A stretch of DNA of 64,000 nt, taken from the NCBI GenBank assembly GCA_016839805.1, contig JAEOTO010000031.1, positions 32,001 through 96,000 of the forward strand, in the 5' to 3' direction. How positions within the stretch are numbered: the stretch's first letter is position 1; each line of letters begins with the position of its first letter. Shown here piece after piece: positions 28,925 to 38,023 of this stretch. Made by a program: the position numbers and the translations under genes. Below the pieces are notes generated by a model. The model searched no databases. It was not told the origin of the DNA and was given only the letters and a program-made list of their open reading frames with translations. Source of the stretch: Candidatus Hermodarchaeota archaeon (GTDB lineage: Archaea > Asgardarchaeota > Hermodarchaeia > Hermodarchaeales > Hermodarchaeaceae).

Positions 28925-29260
28925 ATGAGCGTGCTTGTGAACAAACAGGGCATTTTCTCCGTGATATCTACGACCATGTGGTACGGATTCTTGATACAAT
29001 CGAAACTTACCGCGATATGTTATCTGGGATGTTGGACATTTATCTATCGAGCACAAGTTTTCGCATGAACGAAGTCATGAAAGTTCTAACAATTATCGCG
29101 ACAATCTTCATCCCCCTCACACTCCTTGTTGGCATCTATGGCATGAATTTTCCAAATATGCCAGAATATACTTTCCCCTGGAGCTATTCTATCCTGCTAG
29201 TATTGATGCTTGTCATTACAATCAGCCTTCTTGTTTATTTTCGGAAAAAAGGTGGCTCTA
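28925..29260 (+). pseudogene. corA: corA Mg/Co transporter remnant (C-terminal part only, frameshifted end)
   Basis: FLRDIYDH...MNEVMKVLT...GIYGMNF. In-frame stop at 28921 and no N-terminal domain. Restoring one A in the A-run gives a typical RKKRWL* end. Confidence 0.75.
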
Positions 29261-30850
29261 ACGAGCTTCAGAATTGGGTGTCGTTTTACTTAACGCACTA
29301 GCTTGCTTTTCGAGTACTCGTTTCGCTATCTTTCCGGCGCTGGTTTTTGGAAAGGCATCAGTAAAGACAAGGTGCTTGGGAACCTTATAACGTGCAAGCT
29401 TCGACCGCATGAAAGCAAAAAGCTCGGTCTCTGAGACCTGCATTCCCTGCTTACGCATGATGAAAGCACAGCCAACTTCCCCCCACTTCTCATCAGGAAC
29501 TCCGACAACTGCGGCTTGATCGACTGCCGGATGCTCATCCAACACCCGTTCAATCTCGATTGGAAACACATTCTCACCCCCCGAAATGAAAAGGTCTTTC
29601 TTTCGACCAGCAATGAAGAAGAAGCCGTCTTCGTCTTGCCGAGCGAGATCTCCTGTATGAATCCAACCATCAGGTTCAATGACATCCTGAGTAGCTTGTG
29701 GGTTATTCCAATACCCACTGAACGCGTGAGGTCCCCTGAGAAGGAGTTCGCCTACCTCGCCTTGCGGAACATCTTCAAGCTCGTCATTTATGATGCGGAC
29801 TTCATTGTGGAAGAAGGGAAGGCCAATGGCGGTTGGTTTCTGTTTTGATGTTCCGGGTGGCATATAGAAGTTATTGGGTCCCACTTCAGTGAGCCCGTAT
29901 CCCATAGCAAATTCCTGACCACGTTTCCAGAAGGATTCCATTATTGAGACTGGACAGGGTGCCCCGCCACTGAGCCAGAAGCGTACAGAGCTAAAATCAG
30001 TCTTAGCGAATTCCGGTGTATTGATCATCATGTGGTACATAGTAGGAACCCCGATGACAATGGTGCAGCTTTCTTCTTCGATTCGACGGAGGACATCGAT
30101 GGGATCAAAATTTTGCCAAAGAATCATGCGGGCACCAACGTGGAGGAGAGAGACGAGAAGGACGTTCCACCCACCGGTGTGGAAGAGAGGAAAGATGATC
30201 GGACAGACATCGGTGGGGTTGATACCCCAGCAGACGATGGTGTTCACTGAGTTCCAGAAAACGTGGCGATGTGAGAGTACTGCGCCTTTGGGTAGCCCGG
30301 TTGTTCCCCCAGTGGGAAGGATGAGAAACGGGTCTTCAAATCGTAGTGTTGGACGTGGCGGTGGCGTTGTGGGCTGGGTTTTGATGGATTTGTAATAAGA
30401 TGTGGTGCTAGAAAGTGAGGTTTCTTCTATAGCAAGAAAGTTGATGAGACTTGGAGTTTGTTTGCGGAACGCTAAGATGGTTTCATCAAATGTGTTTTCA
30501 TATATCAGCACTTTTGGCGAGGTATTATTGATGTATTCTTGGTGCTCAACAGGGGTGAGCCGAGCATTGAGGGGAACTAGAATAGCACCGAGTTTTCCAC
30601 AGGCAGCAAAGGCGTCGATGCATTCGACGCGATTGTTCATCAAAAACGCTACCCGGTCTCCTTTTCTAATATTATATTTGTTAGATAGAAGATTGGCGAG
30701 TTGGTTTCCTCGTTGATTAAGTTCGTCATATGTGTATCGGCGATTAGTTCTGGAGTCAAGCAGGGCCTCCAGTTTGGGCGTGAGGCCAGTGCGGCGTCCG
30801 AGCCAGTCACCTATCCAATGCCAGTCCTCTGGGGGTGAGATATTCATCAT
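29258..30850 (-). CDS. Long-chain acyl-CoA synthetase (AMP-forming)
   Basis: TGGTTGLPKG, PLFHTGG, GYGLTE, TGD, GRKKD, SGGENVFP, GKIAK. Confidence 0.92.
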   Translation of the reverse strand: MMNISPPEDWHWIGDWLGRRTGLTPKLEALLDSRTNRRYTYDELNQRGNQLANLLSNKYNIRKGDRVAFLMNNRVECIDAFAACGKLGAILVPLNARLTPVEHQEYINNTSPKVLIYENTFDETILAFRKQTPSLINFLAIEETSLSSTTSYYKSIKTQPTTPPPRPTLRFEDPFLILPTGGTTGLPKGAVLSHRHVFWNSVNTIVCWGINPTDVCPIIFPLFHTGGWNVLLVSLLHVGARMILWQNFDPIDVLRRIEEESCTIVIGVPTMYHMMINTPEFAKTDFSSVRFWLSGGAPCPVSIMESFWKRGQEFAMGYGLTEVGPNNFYMPPGTSKQKPTAIGLPFFHNEVRIINDELEDVPQGEVGELLLRGPHAFSGYWNNPQATQDVIEPDGWIHTGDLARQDEDGFFFIAGRKKDLFISGGENVFPIEIERVLDEHPAVDQAAVVGVPDEKWGEVGCAFIMRKQGMQVSETELFAFMRSKLARYKVPKHLVFTDAFPKTSAGKIAKRVLEKQASALSKTTPNSEAR

Positions 30851-30885
30851 TACGTCTCACTTTAAATGGTTAGTAATCTACCAAG

Positions 30886-31662
30886 CTATGTTTTGTCGAC
30901 TTCAGCCAAGAAATTGAGCACAAGTTTGTTGAATTCATCAGGGTTATCAACAGGTGTCATATGAGAAGCCCCTTTCATGATGATGAATTTGTTACCAGGA
31001 ATCCAGTTCTTTAGCTGTTCAGCATGCCACATTGGAACAGTTTCATCCTTCTCTCCTTGAATAATCAGCGTAGGGGATTGGATTTTTTTCAACTCATTTG
31101 CGATGTTGAACCCTGCCGTTGAAATGAGGGCTAACCGATAATCAGTTCTATCAACTCGGCGAATCATTTCCCGAACATGATTCTTTGCTTCATCCGATGC
31201 AAGCCGTAGGATTTTCTTGACTCCCCAGTTGGCAAACCAGTTCATATCGTGATCAGCTGTGAGAGTGAGTCGATCGCTCACTGCATGATCTGCTATCATG
31301 GCAGCAGAATCAGCCAGAATGAGTCCCTTTACAAGTTTAGGGTATTTTATCGCTAACACTTCTGCGACCATTCCTCCCATCGAGAGGCCACAAACGTGGG
31401 TTTGGCTGATATTCAGATGGTGAAGAAATGCATTAAGATCGTTCGCATGTGAGTGAACCTGATATTCTTCACTAGGTTTGGTGGATTTACCGAACCCCTT
31501 CAAATCGACAGTGATGACGCGATAATGTTTGGCAAAGGGATCAATCTGGTATCGCCAGCTAGTTAGGTCACTTAGTAATCCATGGATGAGAAGTAGTGGG
31601 AACCCTTCGCCTTCTTCTTCATAATAGAGTGTTACATCATCACTTACTTGGGCTTCTGGCAT
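30886..31662 (-). CDS. Alpha/beta hydrolase
   Basis: HG, DLKGFGKS, GLSMGG, GEKD, GASH. Confidence 0.9.
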   Translation of the reverse strand: MPEAQVSDDVTLYYEEEGEGFPLLLIHGLLSDLTSWRYQIDPFAKHYRVITVDLKGFGKSTKPSEEYQVHSHANDLNAFLHHLNISQTHVCGLSMGGMVAEVLAIKYPKLVKGLILADSAAMIADHAVSDRLTLTADHDMNWFANWGVKKILRLASDEAKNHVREMIRRVDRTDYRLALISTAGFNIANELKKIQSPTLIIQGEKDETVPMWHAEQLKNWIPGNKFIIMKGASHMTPVDNPDEFNKLVLNFLAEVDKT

Positions 31663-31750
31663 GCTAAACCCTCTTTTGCGTAAATATACATTGAAAGGGT
31701 CGTTCATTTACGCTTAAATATCTTGACTGCGTGATATAGGATTCGCCAAA

Positions 31751-33010
31751 ATGTCAACAGGTGTTGACACAATGACAGAAGAAAAACCATTAGAAAAACA
31801 GATGTGGCGTCCAGTCATTACGGAACGTCGTTGGAACTGGATTGTTTCAGGTTTAGTGAATTTCATCATCGTTTTCATCGTTGCTCTATTGTTCTGGTAT
31901 GTCTTCATGGACTGGCGATTCTCCCTCTTTTACTGGTTTGGATGGATGTTCCTAGGATCTGCGATAGCTGGATGGGGAATTCTCGTTGTTGTTCTTCAAA
32001 TCTGGTTTGACCGCTATCTATCTTCCAAGAGAGGTGGCTTGGTCACGCAAGGTCTATTGGGTAGCCTACTAAATATCATTGGTATTGCAGTGATAATCGC
32101 AATTTTCTGGTTCGTTATTGGTCCGTATATGATTCCAATGTTTAGTCCCTTTGCCCTCATGAATGTCTCTTCAATCGGAGGCAACTGGTATCTCGCACTC
32201 TTCCTTTCATCTGCGGCAATTGGAACGATTCTTTCCTGTGGTTTCAGTTTTGCGTCTATTTGGGCTGCAGGAGGTATTTATTGGCCATTTACCGAATTAG
32301 AGCAACCCAAGCGTGGCTTTGTTGTCATGCTTGTGGGAGCGGTCATCACGACTTTTACATGGCTTATTCTTTACTGGCCTTTTCAAATCGCAACAGCCCT
32401 CCCACCCACTACAACTACTGTTGATTGGTCAATTTGGACTGCTTGGCCGTTCTGGGCTTACGACCCCATTGCTGGTGAAGTCAACAATGGTGGTGCTTAT
32501 CTCTCACTAGCCTTTACTCAGTGGATTATCGTATTTGGATTACTTACCCTTATGACCTGGGATTATCAGCCATGGAAAGCCCTGAAGAAACAACCCTGGA
32601 TTGGTTTAGCAGCGCTGATTGGCTGCACTCTTCTTGGTGGTCTCTTCGCGTTCTTCATTATGCCTACTCTACTAGCAGGTATAATGATGACTATGGGCTT
32701 TGCGGCGATGCATGGCTTTTCGGCTTGGATTGCAGTGTTCATTATTCTAAACATATTCATCTGGACTCAATACTTTGGTAACTGGCCAAATCGGTTCAAC
32801 ACCATAGTGAACATCCTAATCCGGACAATCATTGTCATCGTACTCGGTATCATTAGCCTCTATGTATACTTCTTCATCTCCCCAATGCTGTTAGGTGATC
32901 TTCTCCTTACTGGAGTGTATAATCCTGTCAATTGGGTTCTATGGCTACTCTGGGCGATGCTGATTCATGTCTATATCTGGAAACGCGCACCAGGTTGGAA
33001 GAGCGTTTGA
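31751..33010 (+). CDS. Trp-rich multi-pass membrane protein, putative transporter
   Basis: About 11-12 TMs with repeated WP/QPW motifs. From memory, resembles proteins annotated as AAT-family transporters in methanogens. Confidence 0.65.
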   Translation: MSTGVDTMTEEKPLEKQMWRPVITERRWNWIVSGLVNFIIVFIVALLFWYVFMDWRFSLFYWFGWMFLGSAIAGWGILVVVLQIWFDRYLSSKRGGLVTQGLLGSLLNIIGIAVIIAIFWFVIGPYMIPMFSPFALMNVSSIGGNWYLALFLSSAAIGTILSCGFSFASIWAAGGIYWPFTELEQPKRGFVVMLVGAVITTFTWLILYWPFQIATALPPTTTTVDWSIWTAWPFWAYDPIAGEVNNGGAYLSLAFTQWIIVFGLLTLMTWDYQPWKALKKQPWIGLAALIGCTLLGGLFAFFIMPTLLAGIMMTMGFAAMHGFSAWIAVFIILNIFIWTQYFGNWPNRFNTIVNILIRTIIVIVLGIISLYVYFFISPMLLGDLLLTGVYNPVNWVLWLLWAMLIHVYIWKRAPGWKSV

Positions 33011-33089
33011 TACATGAAATGTTTATTAGAGCAAAATAAGTCCAAATGCTCTTCCTCTTCCCTTTTTTCTTTTTTTTTGGATCTCGAGT

Positions 33090-33686
33090 TTAGATGAGTC
33101 CTAGAATTCTACCTGTGTTTATGATCGCTAATGCTATGAAGACTATTCCAAGGAGATCACCCACCGTTGTAGTTAAAGGAGGGATGATGCTATCCGGATC
33201 ACGTCCAGATCGGTAGACAACACGCGCTGAAATGAGTCCAATTAAGCTAGTACATGCTGTAGCTAGCACACCAGCTCCACAGATAGCGAGAAATATCAAT
33301 GGGAATCCTGTGGGAGGAAATATTAGCCCAATAATTGGAGACAACCAGATAATGATGGCAATGACACAAGCGCCCAAGAACGCGTAAGCAGATGCAGATA
33401 CTAGTAAAATTGCTAGGAGGTTTGTGATTAGTAAGCGGTAGGGTCTGAATCCTTGATCGAGTTCACCAGTGTAGAGGTGGCTTGTCACTCTAGCACCCAC
33501 AACGCCTGCCAAATCACCTGTGATATCGATGAATGCGGGAACCATCAAGAGAACTAATGGAAAAATAAGTTTTAGGCCTTTAAGGGTACCGTCTAAGAAT
33601 TGTCCCGCAGCTAAAGCAAAAACCAAAACTATAGCAAGCACAGGAAGGCTTTCAATGAGGATTTTACGAACCGTGTGTTCAGTCAT
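33090..33686 (-). CDS. MgtE/SLC41 integral-membrane domain protein
   Basis: P-x5-GD (PAFIDITGD) and DPDSIIPPLTTTVGD; GAGGTGA RBS. Confidence 0.85.
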   Translation of the reverse strand: MTEHTVRKILIESLPVLAIVLVFALAAGQFLDGTLKGLKLIFPLVLLMVPAFIDITGDLAGVVGARVTSHLYTGELDQGFRPYRLLITNLLAILLVSASAYAFLGACVIAIIIWLSPIIGLIFPPTGFPLIFLAICGAGVLATACTSLIGLISARVVYRSGRDPDSIIPPLTTTVGDLLGIVFIALAIINTGRILGLI

Positions 33687-33699
33687 GATTTTCACCTCG

Positions 33700-34329
33700 T
33701 TAGATTTGGATCAGTGGTGGGGGGAATATACTAAGTGTTAGAGTAATAGCCAGCAGAAGACAGGCGATTGTAATGATATCACCGATTGCGGCTACAATCG
33801 GAATTGTGATATTATCTGGATCCAGACCCCGAGCATGCGCAATGAGTGCTACTGTAACTGTGATTGTGACTTGGACCGTGCTAGCTAAAAGAGCTGTTAT
33901 TAAAGCAATGATAAGAAAATGGTGTAGATTTAACAGGTAACCACTTCGTGGTGCCAGTATCTGGATCAATTGGGAGACAAGCCAGGCACCGATTGCAAGG
34001 CAGAAGGACATGATGATGACAAGATAGAAGGCCGCTTTGATATTGGCGCGGAGAGGCTTATTGAGACCTTGTTCCCAGGAGACAGTACCTAGATGTGTAC
34101 CTGACCCGAGTCGTTGAGCTAGGCTAGTTGAAATGTTTCCCCGTAGCTGCATGAGTCCTGGAATGAGAATGAAGAGTCCGATTAGACTGGCGTAAGCTAC
34201 GTCAAGGCTAAGAAGTAGAGTGCCGGCGAAAAGCTCCGCTAGGACCGTGAAGAGAAGGACGGGCATGGCTTCGCGGTAGACTCGCCAGATGAGTTTGGGT
34301 GAACTGCCGTTGACCGCCATCGTCATCAT
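33700..34329 (-). CDS. MgtE/SLC41 integral-membrane domain protein
   Basis: PGLMQLRGN and LDPDNITIPIVAAIGD. Confidence 0.88.
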   Translation of the reverse strand: MMTMAVNGSSPKLIWRVYREAMPVLLFTVLAELFAGTLLLSLDVAYASLIGLFILIPGLMQLRGNISTSLAQRLGSGTHLGTVSWEQGLNKPLRANIKAAFYLVIIMSFCLAIGAWLVSQLIQILAPRSGYLLNLHHFLIIALITALLASTVQVTITVTVALIAHARGLDPDNITIPIVAAIGDIITIACLLLAITLTLSIFPPPLIQI

Positions 34330-34346
34330 CTCCTGGTGAATTGGTT

Positions 34347-34396
34347 AATGTCATTGTGAGATTTCGGTGGCTGAGTTGAATTTGAAATGTCATTGT
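34347..34396. promoter_or_regulatory. Two AATGTCATTGT boxes (palindromic AATG-N-CATT core) upstream of the mgtE pair
   Basis: Identical 11-mers at 34347-34357 and 34386-34396. Confidence 0.4.
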
Positions 34397-34523
34397 TTGT
34401 CACCCTTTTTGGAGCTTTGCTCTGTAAGCCGAATTTTAGGCTTGCTAAAAGCCATAGCTTGAACAAGTCAATAAATATGTTTCCTTTGGTTCGAATCAAA
34501 ATTTCTGAATAATGATCTACTTG

Positions 34524-34542
34524 TGTTCAAAAATGTTGAACA
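34524..34542. promoter_or_regulatory. Inverted repeat TGTTCAA-N5-TTGAACA, putative operator
   Basis: Perfect 7-bp inverted repeat in the divergent intergenic region. Confidence 0.35.
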
Positions 34543-34602
34543 GTATTGTAGTAAATGTTCTATTCTTTAGATTAAAGGTCAATTGTTACAAAATAATACT
34601 TC

Positions 34603-36483
34603 ATGTCAGTTTTCACTAAAGTTAGAAATCGATTACGAGTTTTTCATCATCGTGCTACACCATCTGTTCGGGTGTTACTAATTCTTGCTACGATATTAGG
34701 AAGCACCGCATTCTTGGGTTTTTATTTTGGGTTTGAAAATTCTCCTCCAATACAATTACAACGATTTTCATCATCCATTGCTTTGACCAATTTTCTGGAA
34801 AATCATCACCCTCCACCAATGACTGGGTTATGGGGTGAACAACTAATACTAGGTCAAATTGAATCCACCCCAAGATCAGACTATAGTTTTACTGGAACAA
34901 GTGGTTATTCAACAACGAATGTGCAAACGGAAGGAGTCGATGAGCCGGATAGTGTCAAAACCGATGGAAAATTTATCTATACTATTGTCGAAGAAGAAAT
35001 CGTTGTAGTAGACGCATATCCCCCTGAAACTGCGAAAATCATCTCTAGAATTCAACTTTCCGGAAGCCCACTTGCTCTTTTTATACATACCTCATCGAAA
35101 ATTGTAATAATTGAGCAGAATGTTGGAGAAGTCATTATCGAAATTTTTGATACCTCTAATCCCGAAGAAATTACTTTAGATTTTTGGCTGAAACTTACTG
35201 GATACTATCATGGCGCACGGATGATTGGTCAGTACGTATACCTAATAGCCCATTCATATGTGCAAGATGATCAGGGTATAGCCTTGCCCTTTGTAGAAAC
35301 ATCCAAGAGCTACTACCCTGTGCCTGTAGAGAACATCTACTATGATCCAGGTGCCTATGACTATGGTTTCAACTACAAAATGATTGTTTGCTTCGATATC
35401 ACTGATTCAGAAGCAGATCCGGATATAGAGACAATCCTGGTGGGTGGCTCAACATGCACACTTTATTCATCACTGAACAACATTTACCTCGCTGTATCCC
35501 GATACCCCCTTCTAACTCGAAGCGCGTTCGATAAAAAAACTGCCATTCATCGGTTTCAAATAAATGCAGGAGATGTCTCCTACAAGGCTAGTGGCATTAT
35601 CCCAGGTTATCTTATCAACCAATTTGCGTTAGACGAAGCTCAAGCGTATCTTCGAGTGGCCACTACCAGCTGGTTCCAGACTCTGCTTACACCTGAATTA
35701 GATACAAGACCCTGGATTGAGGTAAGCAACGTTTACATCCTCGATATGAACATGAAAATCGTGGGAAAGGTTGAGGGATTAGCACCTGGAGAGACCATAT
35801 ATTCTGCTCGCTTCGTTGGAACTACTGCATATCTGGTTACTTTCTACAAAACGGATCCATTATTCATCATCGATCTGACTCTTCCACAACACCCGAAACT
35901 TTTAGGTGAATTAGTGATTCCTGGTTACTCAGATTATCTTCATCCGTTAGATAACGGGTTCTTATTGGGACTGGGTAAAGATGTAATAGCCAGTGAGACT
36001 GAACAATGGTGGTATCAAGGCGTCAAGGTGAGCTTATTTAACATAACTAACCCGATTCAGCCTGAAGAGACTGAACGCCTTATAATTGGGGATCGGGGAA
36101 CAGAATCAGAGGCATTATATGACCACAAAGCCGTCTTAGTTGATACCAACCGTAATTTGCTAGTTATCCCCATTTGTTTAGCTGAACATCCAGAGGGGTC
36201 GACTCCAGAACCATATGACCATGGAGATATTGTTTGGCAAGGAGCATATATCTTCAAACTCAATACAACTAGCGGACAAATCGAGCTTCGAGGGGAAATT
36301 ACACATCTAGAAGATCTTGAAGCATTCCAAGAGGATTGGTGGGACTTTCGAGACTTCTTCATTAGTCGAACCTTGTTTATTGGTGACGTTCTTTACACAA
36401 TCTCACAGCAAACCCTCATGTATCACAGTCTATCTAATCTCAATTACATTGGTGAAATTCAACTCACGTCAGGCAGTGTGTGA
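34603..36483 (+). CDS. Membrane-anchored beta-propeller domain protein
   Basis: N-terminal TM; YSTTNVQTEGVDEPDSVKTDG, NQFALDE, LRVATT, GETIYSARF, DPLFIIDL, IPGYSDYLHP. Confidence 0.9.
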   Translation: MSVFTKVRNRLRVFHHRATPSVRVLLILATILGSTAFLGFYFGFENSPPIQLQRFSSSIALTNFLENHHPPPMTGLWGEQLILGQIESTPRSDYSFTGTSGYSTTNVQTEGVDEPDSVKTDGKFIYTIVEEEIVVVDAYPPETAKIISRIQLSGSPLALFIHTSSKIVIIEQNVGEVIIEIFDTSNPEEITLDFWLKLTGYYHGARMIGQYVYLIAHSYVQDDQGIALPFVETSKSYYPVPVENIYYDPGAYDYGFNYKMIVCFDITDSEADPDIETILVGGSTCTLYSSLNNIYLAVSRYPLLTRSAFDKKTAIHRFQINAGDVSYKASGIIPGYLINQFALDEAQAYLRVATTSWFQTLLTPELDTRPWIEVSNVYILDMNMKIVGKVEGLAPGETIYSARFVGTTAYLVTFYKTDPLFIIDLTLPQHPKLLGELVIPGYSDYLHPLDNGFLLGLGKDVIASETEQWWYQGVKVSLFNITNPIQPEETERLIIGDRGTESEALYDHKAVLVDTNRNLLVIPICLAEHPEGSTPEPYDHGDIVWQGAYIFKLNTTSGQIELRGEITHLEDLEAFQEDWWDFRDFFISRTLFIGDVLYTISQQTLMYHSLSNLNYIGEIQLTSGSV

Positions 36484-36487
36484 TGAG

Positions 36488-37921
36488 TTAAAACGCTTCA
36501 AGATATTTGTGGATGTTCTTTGCAGCTTGCTTCCCTTCCCCCGCTGCTGCAATGACGGTGCCTTCTCCACCTGTTAGGTCACCTGCAGCCCACACATGAG
36601 GAATTGAGGTTTCAAGAGTATCTGGATTGACAATAACATCCCCCCACTTGTCACATTCAAGTTCGGGAGTGCAACGAGGGACTGATGGGTTGGCAGATGC
36701 ACCAATGGCAAAGATAACTGTGTCTACTGGAAATTCAAACTCAGAGCCTACAATCGCTTCAGGGCGACATCGACCACTCTCATCCGGTTCACCAAGACAG
36801 TTGCGAATACATCGCATGACTTGGACGCGACCTTGATTGTCACCAAAGAGTTCAAGTGGTTGGGTCAGGAATTTAAAATCCACGCCCTCCTCTTGAGCGT
36901 GGCGATATTCCTCACGGCGAACGGGCATTTCATTTTCTGAGCGACGATACACAATATACACTGTCTTCGCACCCAATCGCAAGGCAGTTCGTGCACTATC
37001 CATGGCGGCATTTCCGCCACCAATCACTGCAACGACTTTTCCACGGATAATTGGAGTATCAAACTCAGGAAATTGGTAAGCCCGCATAAGATTTACTCGC
37101 GTAAGGAATTCATTGCTACTGTAGGTTCCAACGAGATTGACTCCAGGAATCCTGAGAAAGGTGGGAAGACCGGCACCTGAGGCAAGGAGAATTGCATCAA
37201 AACCGTGAGTGAAAAGATCTTCAAGGGAATAGAGTTGTCCAATGAAAGCGTTAAGTTGAAACTCGACTCCGAGCTGTTTAAGATAATCTACTTCAGCTTT
37301 GACGATAGCTTTGGGAAGCCGAAACTCAGGGATACCGTAGACAAGAACCCCACCAGGTTCATGCAGACTCTCGAAAACTGTGACTTGATGGCCTAAGAGC
37401 GCTAAATCACCGGCAGCGGTAAGCCCTGCGGGTCCGCTCCCTACGATGGCTACCCGGTAACCTGTCGGTTTAGGTAATTTTGGAACTTCCACACCATGTT
37501 CACGTTCCCAATCAGCAAGGAACCGCTCAATTCGACCAATCTCGATTGGATTCCCCTTCTTACTTAGAATACAACCTGCCTGACATTGAATTTCTTGCGG
37601 GCATACCCGTCCACAGATTGCGGGCAAACTATTTTTCTCTTTAATAATACGAATTGCTCCACGATAATCGCGATCCCGCACCGCTTCCAGAAATCGGTTA
37701 ATCTCAATTTCAACAGGACAACCATCAACACATTTTGGAGTCTTACATGCCATGCAGCGTTCAGCTTCATGGAGGATTTGCTCTTCGGTATATCCCAAAT
37801 TGACTTCATCAAAGTTCTTAATGCGTACTTGGGGGTCTTGAGCGGGCATCTTAGGTGCGGGGATTGTCCAAGGTTGTGGTGTACTCTTCTTAGGTGTTTC
37901 CTTGGTTTGCTTGTCTGCCAT
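36488..37921 (-). CDS. nfnB: NfnB/SudA (GltD-like) flavoprotein subunit
   Basis: EAERCMAC-x3-CVDGCPV, CGRVCPQE, GSGPAG, YGIPEFRLPK, GGGNAAMD, AAGD. Confidence 0.9.
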   Translation of the reverse strand: MADKQTKETPKKSTPQPWTIPAPKMPAQDPQVRIKNFDEVNLGYTEEQILHEAERCMACKTPKCVDGCPVEIEINRFLEAVRDRDYRGAIRIIKEKNSLPAICGRVCPQEIQCQAGCILSKKGNPIEIGRIERFLADWEREHGVEVPKLPKPTGYRVAIVGSGPAGLTAAGDLALLGHQVTVFESLHEPGGVLVYGIPEFRLPKAIVKAEVDYLKQLGVEFQLNAFIGQLYSLEDLFTHGFDAILLASGAGLPTFLRIPGVNLVGTYSSNEFLTRVNLMRAYQFPEFDTPIIRGKVVAVIGGGNAAMDSARTALRLGAKTVYIVYRRSENEMPVRREEYRHAQEEGVDFKFLTQPLELFGDNQGRVQVMRCIRNCLGEPDESGRCRPEAIVGSEFEFPVDTVIFAIGASANPSVPRCTPELECDKWGDVIVNPDTLETSIPHVWAAGDLTGGEGTVIAAAGEGKQAAKNIHKYLEAF

Positions 37922-38023
37922 AACTTAACCTTCATGAAATTCCTTACTGACATCGAGGGTGCACAGACTCTCGGATTAAAGCGTTCCGCTAATTCAGCCT
38001 CGTATGTCAGATATAGATTCCTT

